A DNA stretch of 64,000 nt from Chloroflexota bacterium (GCA_023475225.1 JAMCVK010000035.1:11212-75211), one strand, 5' to 3'; shown: positions 45,062-56,257, numbered from the stretch's first letter. A program made the numbers and translations. Notes: generated from the sequence alone by a model not told the origin.

Positions 45062-46156
45062 TTAACGGCGCCGCAGGAAGGCGGGGATATCCAGGTCATC
45101 ACTCTCGAAATTCGGCAGGGGTACCTCACGCAGTTTAGTAGGTGTTACCGGCTTTACTATGGACGGCTTACCATCAAAGCCTGTAGCGATCACCGTGATC
45201 TTTATCTCACCCTGCATCCGCTGATCAATCACTGCCCCAAAAATGATGTTGGCATCGGGATGGGCCGCTTTGGCAATGATATCGGCCGCTTCGGTCACCT
45301 CAAATAGGGTTAAGTCAGGTCCACCGGTGACATTGAAAAGCACGCCTTTAGCCCCTTCGATGGAGACCTCCAGGAGTGGACTAGCTATCGCTTCTTTGGC
45401 CGCATCAATAGCGCGCGCTTCACCTTCGGCCCGCCCGATAGCCATTAGAGCTGAGCCAGCTTGAGCCATAACTGATCTAACATCGGCAAAATCGAGATTG
45501 ATAATGCCAGGTACAGTGATGAGTTCAGCGATGCCCTGGATTCCCTGGCGCAGCACATCATCGGCGATCCGGAAGGCCGATTCGAGCGAAGTCTTTCGCT
45601 CCACCACCTGAAGAAGCCGGTCGTTAGGGATAGTGATCAACGCATCAACCTTATCTTTCAGCTGGGCGATCCCCTCCTCGGCCACCAAACGCCGTCTGGC
45701 ACCCTCGAAGCTGAATGGTTTGGTTACGACCGCTACAGTTAACGCGCCCTGCTCCTGGGCAACCTGAGCGATCACAGGAGCAGCACCGGTGCCGGTGCCC
45801 CCACCCATACCAGCACAGATAAACACCATATCGGCATCCTTCAGAGCCTCGAAGAGTAATTCGCTGGATTCCTCGGCTGCCTTGGCGCCGATAATCGGGT
45901 TGCCCCCTGCCCCCAAGCCCTTGGTCATCTTCTCGCCAATATGAACCTTACGGGCAGCCTCCGCTCTGGCCAGGGCCTGGGCGTCGGTGTTCACTGCGAT
46001 AAACTCAATTCCCCGCATGTCTGCTTCTATCATGCGGTTCACAGCATTGCTTCCGCCACCCCCTATGCCAACCACCTTTATGCTTGCAAATAAGTCTGTG
46101 TCAACCTCTGTTGCCATCTCTCGCCGCCCCCTTTCAGCGTTTAACTCTGGAAACAT
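45062..46156 (-). CDS. ftsZ: cell division GTPase FtsZ
   Basis: Present are [17 protein letters not shown] and [11 protein letters not shown] (tubulin signature), plus the C-terminal peptide [11 protein letters not shown]. The start is uncertain: ATG 46156 has GGAGG 8 nt upstream, and the alternatives are GTG 46174 and ATG 46117. Confidence 0.95.
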   Translation of the reverse strand: MFPELNAERGRREMATEVDTDLFASIKVVGIGGGGSNAVNRMIEADMRGIEFIAVNTDAQALARAEAARKVHIGEKMTKGLGAGGNPIIGAKAAEESSELLFEALKDADMVFICAGMGGGTGTGAAPVIAQVAQEQGALTVAVVTKPFSFEGARRRLVAEEGIAQLKDKVDALITIPNDRLLQVVERKTSLESAFRIADDVLRQGIQGIAELITVPGIINLDFADVRSVMAQAGSALMAIGRAEGEARAIDAAKEAIASPLLEVSIEGAKGVLFNVTGGPDLTLFEVTEAADIIAKAAHPDANIIFGAVIDQRMQGEIKITVIATGFDGKPSIVKPVTPTKLREVPLPNFESDDLDIPAFLRRR

Positions 46157-46204
46157 CAACTTTGCCTCCACCAAATTTGTCCAGAAGCCCTGAAGTAAAG
46201 CGAA

Positions 46205-47479
46205 TTAAGGTAAGAACGCCTTAAACCAATTCTTCACGCGCCCATACACGCTCACTCCCTCCTTAATTCTGCTCATCTGTTTAATGGCTGTTCCTCGACT
46301 ATGGCCAAAGGAACGCACAGCAGATGGCTCATCACCGAATCGCGCTCCCCAAAGGAGCAGTCCTACACTTGTCGAGTACGCTGCGCTTGTCAGGGAATCG
46401 ATCAGACCATGGATACCACTGGGTGTGCCGATGCGGACAGGTAACTGCAACATGTCCCGAGCCAGCTCAGCAATTCCTGGAAGCTCGCTTGTCCCACCGG
46501 TCAGTACAAGCCCAGCAGGTAAAAGACCATCATAGCCGGAGCGCTTTATCTCTGCTTCAATGAGAGCGAAGATCTCCTGGAGACGCGCTTCGATAACTTC
46601 ACAAAGGGCAGAACGGGGTACCTCTTCCTTTTGCGCACGGCCAAAGGTTGTAATTTCAATCCTATCATTTTCGTTAATATTAGTGCTAAGTGCATGCCCC
46701 CATTTGATTTTCAGATCATCGGCCATCGCCAAAGGGGTACGCAGTCCAACAGCGATGTCGTTGCTAATATGATTGCCTCCGACGGGTATGATAGCTGTGT
46801 GCCAGGCACTACCATCGATAAATATGGCTAACTCCGTCGTACCCCCACCGATATCAGCCATCACAACCCCCATCTCTCGTTCTTCGTCGGTTAAAACGGC
46901 CTCGCTGGAGGCCAGTGGCTCAAGGACAATCTCATCTATGTCGATCCCTAACTTGTGGACGCACTTAGTCAGATTCTGAATTGCTGTTACTGCGCCAGTC
47001 ACAATATGGGTCTCTACATCGAGCCGATAGCCGATCATGCCAATCGGATTTTTGACTCCTTCCTGACCATCAACTATGAAATGCCGCGGAATAGTGTGGA
47101 TGATCTCTCGATTACTGGGAACATTGATCACCCTTGCCGCCTCGATGGCCCTCTGCACGTCTTCCTGGGTAATGGATCGATCTGGGTGGGAGACGGCCAC
47201 AACGCCACGGTTGTTCAAGGAGGCTATGTGTCCACCGGCGATCCCAACGTAGGCACTGACAATCTTATACCCAGACACTCGTTCCGCTTTCTCGACGGAC
47301 ATCCCAATAGACTCTACCGTCTCATCAATATTGACGACGACGCCTTTGCGGAGCCCCCGTGAGGGACAGATCCCAACGCCGATAACATGGATGCTGCCAT
47401 CCGCGCCAACTTCGCCGATAAGGGTAGATACTTTAGTTGTACCAGCGTCGATTCCTACTATGGTCTTGCCCTTGGACAC
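46205..47479 (-). CDS. ftsA: cell division protein FtsA
   Basis: The actin-fold motifs are VGIDAGTTKV, DIGGGTT and LTGGTSELPG. The gene sits directly upstream of ftsZ. Confidence 0.9.
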   Translation of the reverse strand: MSKGKTIVGIDAGTTKVSTLIGEVGADGSIHVIGVGICPSRGLRKGVVVNIDETVESIGMSVEKAERVSGYKIVSAYVGIAGGHIASLNNRGVVAVSHPDRSITQEDVQRAIEAARVINVPSNREIIHTIPRHFIVDGQEGVKNPIGMIGYRLDVETHIVTGAVTAIQNLTKCVHKLGIDIDEIVLEPLASSEAVLTDEEREMGVVMADIGGGTTELAIFIDGSAWHTAIIPVGGNHISNDIAVGLRTPLAMADDLKIKWGHALSTNINENDRIEITTFGRAQKEEVPRSALCEVIEARLQEIFALIEAEIKRSGYDGLLPAGLVLTGGTSELPGIAELARDMLQLPVRIGTPSGIHGLIDSLTSAAYSTSVGLLLWGARFGDEPSAVRSFGHSRGTAIKQMSRIKEGVSVYGRVKNWFKAFLP

Positions 47480-47743
47480 CGATATTTCCCCTTTTTACCG
47501 TATGTCGGTGACTCCGGTACCGACTCTATAAGACAAGGTTTTTCGGGCTCTGCTAAGATGCGCTCTATCTTAGGCCAAAAGATTGACGCTCTGGATGGTT
47601 CTCAAACTTATCCCTGGAGAATCATTCTGCGCATGCCAGTCACCACACTGGTGGCGCTCATTATACCATACCACTTCAACTCAACATCAGTTTCAACGAA
47701 GACGCTGTCGAACATCCTTAAAAACCAATCCAAAGCATGCTGT

Positions 47744-48097
47744 TTAACCTGCCTCTTGCCCAGAGCGACCACGGGTAAGCAACCTCCGTCGGATAACGGC
47801 CAGATTATTGAATAGCCTCGTACCGAAGGCGACAATTGCAGCAAAATACAGCTCTACCCCCAGGCGATCTCCAATGTAAGTGAGCAAAGCAGCTAGCAGA
47901 GTATTGGCCAGAAGGCCTGAGATGAAAACCCTGTTATCATATTGTCCTTCCAATCCAGCACGGGTGGCTCCTAAGGTTGAATCCAGCGCTGCCAGGATAG
48001 CGGTAGCTGTATAACGCGCGTAGTTCAGGGGAATTGATAGTGAGAAGACAAGCCCGATTATGATACCCATGAGCAGACCAATAAGCGGTAACCACAT
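47744..48097 (-). CDS. sbp: small basic protein Sbp (DUF1290)
   Basis: The protein aligns nearly end to end with my memory of B. subtilis Sbp (MWLP..GL..GI.IGL...L.IP..Y..Y...A.LAALD...G..RA.L.G.YD...F.SG...N......). It occupies the same ftsQ-sbp-ftsA position. Confidence 0.85.
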   Translation of the reverse strand: MWLPLIGLLMGIIIGLVFSLSIPLNYARYTATAILAALDSTLGATRAGLEGQYDNRVFISGLLANTLLAALLTYIGDRLGVELYFAAIVAFGTRLFNNLAVIRRRLLTRGRSGQEAG

Positions 48098-48144
48098 CTC
48101 TCCTCGCCTTCCTTATTAAAGTGATAGGATGAGTAGCGCTTCGA

Positions 48145-48954
48145 TTAACGGAAATATGCCTGCCCTTTGAAGCGCAGATCGATGAACTGCATCTTCAAGT
48201 TGTCTTGTTTGGCTTTGTCCAGAATGGACTTTAGCAGCAACATTTTACTTTCAAGGTCCCCTTGCCTCCCAAAGCAAACCCTGATACCTGGCTCAATAGG
48301 AGCGATAATCCCCTGGGTGTGGGAATATTCAAAATATTTGGCCGTGACTCCGGATACAGTGGGCAATCTGTTGAACAGAATCTCAGCTGTGGCCAGGGCC
48401 TCACGATCCACCTGGTCTCCGATCTTTACCGGTTCGCCATCGACATCGACGATGCCGATGGGCAGACCGAGGGTAGCGGTAGTTCCAACAACGATGCCCT
48501 CCCTGGATACCACATATAAGTTTTGTCCAACTTTCCAGATATAGGCCGGTTGCCACTCTGTCACTTCGATGGTAACCTGATTGGGCAGGGCGCTGTGTAT
48601 ATTTACGCTCTTAAGCGTTCGCAGATTTCCTAGCAGTGCCTGCCCTATGGTCTTTTGGCTGATAAGAAAGATATTCTTGTCCCGGACGGCTGCTGCTTCG
48701 GCTACCTGTTCTACGGAGAGCATCTTGTTACCGATGATCTTCGCCTCCTGCACCTGGAAGCGAGGCGAGGTCAATAGAAAGTGACCCAGCCAAACAAGGA
48801 GAGCAAGTAAGAGAAAATAGAGCGATCTCTGGCGCAGCCAAACCAGCAACCTCTTTGTATAGTTTCTTCGCCGAAAACCAGCATCGCCTGGCAACAGCAG
48901 CCTTGTCTTTGGACGATTAAACCGGCTGTGCCTTTTAATCACCTGTTTCCGCAC
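48145..48954 (-). CDS. ftsQ: cell division protein FtsQ/DivIB (POTRA)
   Basis: It has a basic N-terminus, one TM (LYFLLLALLVWLGHFLL), and a POTRA-like segment (F.V..I.I.GN..LS...V). It sits between ddl and sbp-ftsA. Confidence 0.75.
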   Translation of the reverse strand: MRKQVIKRHSRFNRPKTRLLLPGDAGFRRRNYTKRLLVWLRQRSLYFLLLALLVWLGHFLLTSPRFQVQEAKIIGNKMLSVEQVAEAAAVRDKNIFLISQKTIGQALLGNLRTLKSVNIHSALPNQVTIEVTEWQPAYIWKVGQNLYVVSREGIVVGTTATLGLPIGIVDVDGEPVKIGDQVDREALATAEILFNRLPTVSGVTAKYFEYSHTQGIIAPIEPGIRVCFGRQGDLESKMLLLKSILDKAKQDNLKMQFIDLRFKGQAYFR

Positions 48955-48981
48955 TGACAGAACCTCAATGAGAGTGGCCGC

Positions 48982-50094
48982 TCAGGTCATAAGCTGGCGT
49001 TTCTCAGTGTGTCGCTCGATGGCCAGTTCGATCAAGCGATCAATCAATTCCCTATAGTTGATACCGCTCGTCTCCCATAGCTTTGGATACATACTCACGG
49101 CCGTGAAGCCAGGGATCGTGTTTACCTCGTTAACATAGATTTTTGAGCCATCTTTGGTGATAAGGAAGTCGACCCGTGCCATACCAGTGCAATCAAGGGT
49201 CTTGAAAGCCTCGATAGCCAGGTATTGTACCTCCCGAATGATCCCTTCTGGCAAATCCGCTGGGATTATTAGTTGCGTACGCTCGTTAACGTACTTAGAC
49301 TCGTAGTCGTAGAACTCACGTGCCGGTACAATTTCACCTGGTATCGAGGCGATAGGGTCATCATTTCCAAGCACGCTGCATTCTATCTCGCGACAATCAA
49401 CGACGGCCTGCTCAATCAATATCTTGCGGTCGTAAGAGGCAGCCAAATCTATGGCTGGAACCAGCTCCTCCCGCTGATGAACCTTCGTTACTCCCACACT
49501 CGAGCCGAGATTCGTCGGTTTAACAAAACAGGGGTAACCGAGCGTTTTCTCGATACACTCGACAATCTTTGTTGGATTCTGTTGCCATTCCTTTCGTCTA
49601 ACTACAATGAACTGGGCCACAGGAAGACCACGCTCTTTAAAAAGAGCCTTGGTGATGGCCTTATCCATAGCTACAGCGGAGGCTAAGACGCCAGCCCCAA
49701 CATAGGGAACATCAGCCATCTCTAAGAACCCCTGGACAGTACCATCCTCACCATATGGGCCATGTAAAATAGGAAAAATCACATCTATCCTCTGATCAGT
49801 AGGGCCCGACTTCGCTGTCTCGAAAATGATCATTCCCCTTTGGGTTGGATCGGCCCGCAGGGCAGTATCTTCACCACTCGCTGTCACGCCGGCCAGGAGT
49901 GCTTTCAGCGGGTCACCGGAGATCAGCCAACGGCCTTCCTTGGTGATCCCAATAGGCACTACATCATATTTATTAGGATCAATAGCCTTTATTACAGAGG
50001 CAGCAGATAGCAGCGAGATCTCATGCTCGCTGGAGCGCCCTCCAAAAATGACACCTATCCTAAGCTTAGCCACCCTCAGACCCACCCCTTTCAA
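48982..50094 (-). CDS. ddl: D-alanine--D-alanine ligase
   Basis: Present are GVIFGGRSSEHEISL, HGPYGEDGTVQG and an ATP-grasp tail (EVNTIPGFT). Confidence 0.9.
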   Translation of the reverse strand: MKGVGLRVAKLRIGVIFGGRSSEHEISLLSAASVIKAIDPNKYDVVPIGITKEGRWLISGDPLKALLAGVTASGEDTALRADPTQRGMIIFETAKSGPTDQRIDVIFPILHGPYGEDGTVQGFLEMADVPYVGAGVLASAVAMDKAITKALFKERGLPVAQFIVVRRKEWQQNPTKIVECIEKTLGYPCFVKPTNLGSSVGVTKVHQREELVPAIDLAASYDRKILIEQAVVDCREIECSVLGNDDPIASIPGEIVPAREFYDYESKYVNERTQLIIPADLPEGIIREVQYLAIEAFKTLDCTGMARVDFLITKDGSKIYVNEVNTIPGFTAVSMYPKLWETSGINYRELIDRLIELAIERHTEKRQLMT

Positions 50095-50100
50095 GCAGTC

Positions 50101-51045
50101 TTACCACTCTCCGACCAGCTCCACTTCCAGCTCAAGGATCACACCAAAGTGTTTATAGACTTGCTCACTGCATATATCGATCAAGGACATGACCTCTTGA
50201 GCTGTCGCCTTACCTAAGTTAACGATAAAATTTGCATGCTTGAGAGAAATCTGGGCATCGCCATAACGCTTACCCTTTAATCCTGCCCGCTCAATGAGGC
50301 GTGCGGCCGCTTGCCCGGGAGGATTCTTAAAGATGGAACCGGCGCTCGGCTCCATTGGTTGCATCAGCAATCTGGCCAGACGTTGTTGCCGAATCTTTTC
50401 GCACAGCATACGAGCATCTCCCGAATGCAGGATGAACTCAGCCGAAAGGATCACCTCCTGCTTAAATGGATCGATCCGAAAGCGGCTACTACGGTACTTG
50501 AGATGCAGATCCTCCACTGGCACTTGTGCTATGCAACCATCCGGTTCAAGCAAAGATACACGACGGAGTGCGTCTCCGACGCAACCATCGTAAGCGCCAG
50601 CATTATTCACAATGGCTCCACCCATCGTCCCAGGTATACCGGCTCCAAATTCCAGACCAGCTAGGCCTGCCCTAGCCGTCTGTTGGGTAACTGCTGCTAA
50701 CGATGCGCCAGATTCAACCTGTAATACCACTCCTTCGCCATCATCGTTTATCTTCCGCTTGAAATGTCTGGCTCTATTACGAATTACCAGGCCACTGATA
50801 CCTTTATCAGAGACGAGTAGATTGCTGCCACTACCTATGACCAGGTAAGGTAAACCTAGGTGTCGGGCAGCGGTAACGAGATGACCCAGCTCTGCGGCGC
50901 TTTCGGCTACAGTGTAGAACTCAGCCGGCCCGCCAATCCCAAAACTAGTATGCCGTCGCATCGGTTCGTTTATAGTTAGCCGATCTCGACAGATCAATCG
51001 TAATTTCTCAAGCACGGTACTTTGGCCCATCACTATCCTTCCCAT
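50101..51045 (-). CDS. murB: UDP-N-acetylenolpyruvoylglucosamine reductase
   Basis: The FAD-binding region is (FGIGGPAEF, GSGSNLLVSD). The C-terminal region has SAGSIFKNP. Confidence 0.9.
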   Translation of the reverse strand: MGRIVMGQSTVLEKLRLICRDRLTINEPMRRHTSFGIGGPAEFYTVAESAAELGHLVTAARHLGLPYLVIGSGSNLLVSDKGISGLVIRNRARHFKRKINDDGEGVVLQVESGASLAAVTQQTARAGLAGLEFGAGIPGTMGGAIVNNAGAYDGCVGDALRRVSLLEPDGCIAQVPVEDLHLKYRSSRFRIDPFKQEVILSAEFILHSGDARMLCEKIRQQRLARLLMQPMEPSAGSIFKNPPGQAAARLIERAGLKGKRYGDAQISLKHANFIVNLGKATAQEVMSLIDICSEQVYKHFGVILELEVELVGEW

Positions 51046-52409
51046 TGGCGACGTAGATCGGTGAGGACTCGCTCTGCCACTTGGTAGATATCTCCGGCAC
51101 CCATGGTCAAGATCACATCTCCGGCCTGTGCCTCGTGAGAGACGTAGCTCGCTGCCTCTTCCAGATCACCTATGTACCTCGCACCTCGGTGATTCATCGC
51201 TGCCACCAGATCAGGCGCGCCAATGCCCAGAGTATCTGCTTCGCGGCCTGGTGGCAGGTAAATATCGGTGACAATAACTACATCAGCCAACCCAAAGGAG
51301 GCAGCGAATTGATCCAAGAAGCACTTTGTACGATGGTAAGTGTGCGGCTGAAAAACGACCCACAGCCGACTGGAGTGATTCTCCCGAATTGCTTTCAGGG
51401 TGGCCACGATCTCGGAGGGGTGGTGAGCGTAGTCATCATAAATGGTAATTCCACCGACAGTGCCCTTCAATTCCAGGCGCCGCCGTGTACCTTTGAAGAT
51501 AACCAGCGCCTTCTTTATCAGGGAGAGATCTACCTTAAGTAAAGAGGAAACAGTGATGGCTGCGAGAGCATTACTTACGTTATGCCGCCCGGGAAGGCGC
51601 AGGTCGATCTCTCCAATATTCTGGCCCCCTTTACATAGTACAAAGCTGTTGCCTCCAAGGGCATTTTGATGCACATCAGTCGCTCGCCAGCAAGCGTCCT
51701 CACTAAATCCATAGCTTACCACTTCAGCGTGGCACGACCCGGCAATGGTCTGCAAGATGGGATCATCCCAACAAAGAACACCATAGCCATCGGTAGGCAC
51801 GAGAGCTAAGAAACGGCTAAAGGCGCTCTGCACAGCATTGTAATGGCCGTAAAAATCGAGATGATCCGCCTCCACGTTAGTTACGATAGCGATCCAGGGC
51901 GACAGCTGCCAGAAAGAGCCATCGAACTCGTCAGCCTCGGCTACTAGATAGGCACCGTGCCCCAGTTTGGCATTAAGGCCGATGATCTCACCGCCAACCA
52001 GGATCGTGGGGTCGAGCCCACCCTGTTCCAAGATTAAAGATATCATTGCACTAGTCGTCGTTTTACCATGGGTGCCGGCCACAGCGATGGTCTGTTGTCG
52101 CCTGGTCAGTTCACCAAGCGCCTCAGCCCGTTTAAGGATAGGGATGCCACGCCGCCGTGCTGCCTGCATCTCAGGATTCTTCTGCGGGATGGCTGATGAG
52201 ACGATGACTAAGTTGGCTTCGCCGATGTTCTTGTCCGAGTGGCCATAGGCAATCCTGGCCCCAAGGGCGGCTAGCCTGGCTGTTATAGCAGAGGGATATA
52301 GATCAGAACCAGAGATGACATGTCCAGCCTGGAGCAAGACTTCGGCGATGGTGCTCATACCGGCCCCACCAATCCCCACGAAGTGTATCTGTCTCTTAAC
52401 TTCAAACAT
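51033..52409 (-). CDS. murC: UDP-N-acetylmuramate--L-alanine ligase
   Basis: Present are HFVGIGGAGMS and AVAGTHGKTTTSAM. The gene overlaps both murG and murB. Confidence 0.9.
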   Translation of the reverse strand: MFEVKRQIHFVGIGGAGMSTIAEVLLQAGHVISGSDLYPSAITARLAALGARIAYGHSDKNIGEANLVIVSSAIPQKNPEMQAARRRGIPILKRAEALGELTRRQQTIAVAGTHGKTTTSAMISLILEQGGLDPTILVGGEIIGLNAKLGHGAYLVAEADEFDGSFWQLSPWIAIVTNVEADHLDFYGHYNAVQSAFSRFLALVPTDGYGVLCWDDPILQTIAGSCHAEVVSYGFSEDACWRATDVHQNALGGNSFVLCKGGQNIGEIDLRLPGRHNVSNALAAITVSSLLKVDLSLIKKALVIFKGTRRRLELKGTVGGITIYDDYAHHPSEIVATLKAIRENHSSRLWVVFQPHTYHRTKCFLDQFAASFGLADVVIVTDIYLPPGREADTLGIGAPDLVAAMNHRGARYIGDLEEAASYVSHEAQAGDVILTMGAGDIYQVAERVLTDLRRQWEG

Positions 52410-53568
52410 GAGACCTCACCAATTCCTGCCCGGCTAAGTGACATAGCGTCTCGGCAATCCTGCGGGCTGCATCAGGGATGGCTAGATGACTGGCCCTATC
52501 GGCCAAGCTACAGCGCAGCGACTCGTCCTCCAATAATTGTTTTATAGCTGTGGGTAATGCTCCATCAGCCAATTCATAATCCTCTATTTTCAGAGCTGCA
52601 CCACGGCTCACTAAGTAATCGGCATTTGCCTCCTGGTGGCCACCAGCGTATGGATAGGGTATCAAGATGCTGGCCAAGCCAAAAAGGGGGAAATATCCCA
52701 GACTAGATGCACCTGCCCTGGATACTACCAGATCAGCCGCAGTCAAGGCCGTCTCCAGCTCTTCATACAAATAGGGGTAGAGTCTATAACGCTTACGATC
52801 CTCCACTGATAGTCCGTTGCGCCTCTTCTCTAGCCAACCCCAATCCTGCTGGCCACTAATATGAATGATATAGCCGATAGCTAAAAGATCTGGTAAGGCG
52901 GCCGCGACGGCCTTGTTGATGCTTTGAGCCCCACGGCTTCCCCCCATAATGAGCATAACCCTCTCCGTTTCAGGAAGACTGAGCTGTTTCCTCGCTTCTA
53001 ATTTACTGGCCGAGGGTGATCTCCTCTTGAGCGGATAACCGGTGACGATCACCTTATCTGTCGGCAAAAGTGAGCGTGAATCGTTCACAGTGACCGCGAT
53101 CCTGGTGGCCAACCTGGCCAGGAACTTCACGGCCAAGCCAGGTTTAATATCGGGTAGATAGACAAGGATAGGCACACGCGCCAGCCAACCTGCCACTGCA
53201 ACTGGCACACAAACATAACCACCGGTGGCCAGGATGACATCTGGCTGGAAGCTACGTATAATTCGTAATGATTGCCACAGGCCAACACCTGTTCTAATCA
53301 GATTCAAGAAGATGGCCAGGGGCGACCGTCCTCGTACCGCACCGGCCGTGATGCCCCGGAAGGGAAGGTTGAGGCGCGCTACGATATCCGCTTCCATCCC
53401 GGCCCTATTACCCAGATAGAGCAGTTTCACGCCCGCCCGCTCTTCAGCAGCCTGAACACCAGGTAATTCAACGTGCATCTCCGGCTCTGCTCCAAGCAAC
53501 TCACTGATGACAGCCAGGGCCGGGTAAACGTGACCCCCCGTACCACCCCCAGTGATGATCAGACGCAT
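52402..53568 (-). CDS. murG: undecaprenyldiphospho-muramoylpentapeptide beta-N-acetylglucosaminyltransferase
   Basis: The N-terminus is IITGGGTGGHVYPALAV, with GT28 architecture. Confidence 0.9.
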   Translation of the reverse strand: MRLIITGGGTGGHVYPALAVISELLGAEPEMHVELPGVQAAEERAGVKLLYLGNRAGMEADIVARLNLPFRGITAGAVRGRSPLAIFLNLIRTGVGLWQSLRIIRSFQPDVILATGGYVCVPVAVAGWLARVPILVYLPDIKPGLAVKFLARLATRIAVTVNDSRSLLPTDKVIVTGYPLKRRSPSASKLEARKQLSLPETERVMLIMGGSRGAQSINKAVAAALPDLLAIGYIIHISGQQDWGWLEKRRNGLSVEDRKRYRLYPYLYEELETALTAADLVVSRAGASSLGYFPLFGLASILIPYPYAGGHQEANADYLVSRGAALKIEDYELADGALPTAIKQLLEDESLRCSLADRASHLAIPDAARRIAETLCHLAGQELVRSHV

Positions 53569-53569
53569 T

Positions 53570-54769
53570 CTACTCCTCCACCGAGAGTGGTTCAGCGCCC
53601 CTATGGCGACTCTTCTGTGGCCGAAATACCGGTCTATGCTTTGAAATATTCAGTAGCAGGCCAACAGCGGCCATTGAGACAACAAGGGATGACCCACCAA
53701 AGCTTACAAAGGGCAGGGTGATGCCGGTAAATGGAATCGTTGATGTAACTACAGCGATATTAAGCAGGGCCTGAAATGTCAGCCAGCAGGTGATGCCTGA
53801 GGCGAGCAGTTTCCCGAAGGCGTCAGGAGCCTGCAATATTATCTTGTAGCCACGGTAAGCCAGCAGAACGAACAGCGCCAGAACGGTTAAGGTTCCAATC
53901 AGTCCTAACTCCTCGCCAATGATGGCGAAAATAGAATCAGTATGAGCACTGGGTAAATAATAAAACTTCTGGCGACTGGCTCCCAATCCGAGACCAAGAA
54001 GCCCCCCAGATCCCAGGGCGATATTCGTTTGAATAATATGCCAGCCAACACCGAGGGGATCACTCTGAGGATCTAGAAAGGCGACGATCCTCCTGAATCG
54101 ATAGCCTGCCAAAGCGATAAGCGGAACTAAAGCAGCTGCTCCAAGGGCAAGTCCAGCTGCAAAGTAACGAAGGTCCGCACCCGCAATAAAAAACATGGCC
54201 AAACCGATGATGACGATAAGGAAAGAGGTGCCCAGATCCGGCTGTAACAATACCAATCCAGCCACCGTGCCAAGGGTCACGGCAAAGGGTAGCGAACTAT
54301 AGGAAAAGTCAGCCATACGATCCCGGCGGCGCGATAGCCAGTCGGCAAAATACATGATGAGGATCAATTTGGCTAATTCGCTTGGTTGTACGGATAACGG
54401 TCCCAGCTTTAACCAACGTTGAGCACCGTAGGCCGCATGCCCTAACCGAGTAAGCAGAATAACAATCAGTAAAACGAGTATAATTCCAGTGAGAGGCACC
54501 GTGAAACGCCTCCACCAATGATAATCAATCTGCATCATAGCTAATAGCCCTACACTGCCGATGCCAGCCCATAGAAGCTGTCGGGTAAGAAACCAAGTGT
54601 CGCTATTGTAGAGGGGGCTATTGTGAGCGATCACGAAGCTGGCACTGTAAACCATATTTACGCTAATAACCAGCAACGCCGCGACGACACCTAAGAGGAT
54701 ATAATCCGGCTTACCAGTCCTTTGATCTTCTCGTCGTGCAATCATTGCTGCTATACCCATCTCTGGCAA
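53570..54769 (-). CDS. ftsW: SEDS-family peptidoglycan polymerase FtsW
   Basis: The polytopic protein has the motifs QPSELAK, LQPDLGT, and P.AHTDSIFA.IGEELG. It sits in the dcw cluster between murD and murG. Confidence 0.85.
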   Translation of the reverse strand: MPEMGIAAMIARREDQRTGKPDYILLGVVAALLVISVNMVYSASFVIAHNSPLYNSDTWFLTRQLLWAGIGSVGLLAMMQIDYHWWRRFTVPLTGIILVLLIVILLTRLGHAAYGAQRWLKLGPLSVQPSELAKLILIMYFADWLSRRRDRMADFSYSSLPFAVTLGTVAGLVLLQPDLGTSFLIVIIGLAMFFIAGADLRYFAAGLALGAAALVPLIALAGYRFRRIVAFLDPQSDPLGVGWHIIQTNIALGSGGLLGLGLGASRQKFYYLPSAHTDSIFAIIGEELGLIGTLTVLALFVLLAYRGYKIILQAPDAFGKLLASGITCWLTFQALLNIAVVTSTIPFTGITLPFVSFGGSSLVVSMAAVGLLLNISKHRPVFRPQKSRHRGAEPLSVEE

Positions 54770-56164
54770 CTAGACTACCTTACTCTTCTCAAAGGCAAGG
54801 GCATTTACGATCTCTTTAAATCGGTGGCCACGCTCCTCGAAATCACGGAACATATCGTAACTGGTGCCTGCTGGTGAGAGCAGGACTATATCACCAGGCT
54901 CAGCCAAAGCTTTGGCCGTTTCAACGGCCTCTCGTAGGCTCGTGCAGATACGGATGCAGAACGAATTATTGTTCGCTGCTCTCGATACGGCCGTTGCCAG
55001 ATCAGAAGCCAATTCCCCCAACAGGACCAGGGCCTTCACTTTCTTAACTATCAAATGGGCCAAGTCATCGAGGGGGAGATGTTTGCCCCTTCCCCCGCCA
55101 ATCAAAATGATAGGCTGATTGAAGGCGTGAAGGGCAGCAATGGTTCGCTCCGGCGCGGTAGCGATGGAGTCATTGTAGTATTGCACTCCATCTATCTCCC
55201 AAACCAACTCCAAGCGATGCTCGACTCCATTGAAGCTGGTGACCGCTTTTCTGATGTTTTCCACACTAGCCCCTGCTGCCCAACCAATGGCCACCGCAGC
55301 CAACACATTTTCTACGTTATGCTCTCCAAGCAAGCGAATTTCACCCTTGTGACAAACAGTCTCCTCTTGTGCGTCATCTCGCACTATAATCCGGTTGCCA
55401 TTCAGAACGGCTCCGTAGTCTACACCATAACGTCGACTGAAAAGCCAAACCTCTCCTTTACATTCAGGAACCAAATCGCTCGTTACGGGATCATCCAGGT
55501 TCAAAATGGCCTTATCATCACCCTTTTGGAAATTAATGATATTTTTTTTCGCTGCAATATAGTCCTCCATGCTGGGATGACGATCCAGATGATTGGGTGT
55601 AATATTCAGTATGGTTGCAACGTGGGGACTGACCGTCATCGCCTCGAGTTGAAAGCTGCTCAACTCCAGCACAACATATGCCTGCTGATCAATCTGTGAG
55701 GCCATTTCGATCAGTGGTTTCCCAATATTGCCACCGACAAAGGTCGTTTTTCCCTCGGTCTTTAATATCTCACCCACCAAAGCCGTCGTCGTAGTCTTGC
55801 CACTGCTGCCGGTTATACCGATGATGGGAGCTGGGCACAATTCAAAGAATAATTCGATCTCGCTGCTAATAGGAATGCCCCGTGCCCTAGCCACAGCCAG
55901 GCAAGGGAGCGTACGTGGTGCTCCAGGAGTGACAAAGATGAGGTCCGCAGCCAGGACATCTTCTTCTCGGTGCCCACCTAGAGAAAGTTTGACCGGTAGC
56001 TCTTCCAACATAGCGATCTCATCCTTTAGCTGCCCCTTTTCTTTCAAATCACTGATAGTGACGATCGCACCTCGCTGGATTAAAAACTTAGCCAGCGACA
56101 CGTGAGTACGTCTTCCCAGTCCGATCAGGGTGATTCGCTTGCCGTTGAAGTCAGTCACCCTCAT
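54770..56164 (-). CDS. murD: UDP-N-acetylmuramoylalanine--D-glutamate ligase
   Basis: Present are the Mur ligase P-loop GITGSSGKTTT and an N-terminal Rossmann region (LIGLGRRTHVSLAKFL). Confidence 0.9.
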   Translation of the reverse strand: MRVTDFNGKRITLIGLGRRTHVSLAKFLIQRGAIVTISDLKEKGQLKDEIAMLEELPVKLSLGGHREEDVLAADLIFVTPGAPRTLPCLAVARARGIPISSEIELFFELCPAPIIGITGSSGKTTTTALVGEILKTEGKTTFVGGNIGKPLIEMASQIDQQAYVVLELSSFQLEAMTVSPHVATILNITPNHLDRHPSMEDYIAAKKNIINFQKGDDKAILNLDDPVTSDLVPECKGEVWLFSRRYGVDYGAVLNGNRIIVRDDAQEETVCHKGEIRLLGEHNVENVLAAVAIGWAAGASVENIRKAVTSFNGVEHRLELVWEIDGVQYYNDSIATAPERTIAALHAFNQPIILIGGGRGKHLPLDDLAHLIVKKVKALVLLGELASDLATAVSRAANNNSFCIRICTSLREAVETAKALAEPGDIVLLSPAGTSYDMFRDFEERGHRFKEIVNALAFEKSKVV

Positions 56165-56257
56165 CTCATACCATCCTCATCGCTTGCTTCTTAATGGTGT
56201 CTCCCATTCTAACAAAAGCTCAAGATCGAAACACAGCTAAAAGGTACTATCCGAGTT

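Noticed and set aside
47480-47743. Possible extra small gene between sbp and ftsA: the tail of the 78-aa ORF at 47608-47844.
   Set aside because: That ORF mostly overlaps sbp in another frame. The non-overlapping part is only about 45 codons, with no SD or recognisable motif. I treated the region as an ordinary intergenic or promoter region for ftsA-ftsZ.
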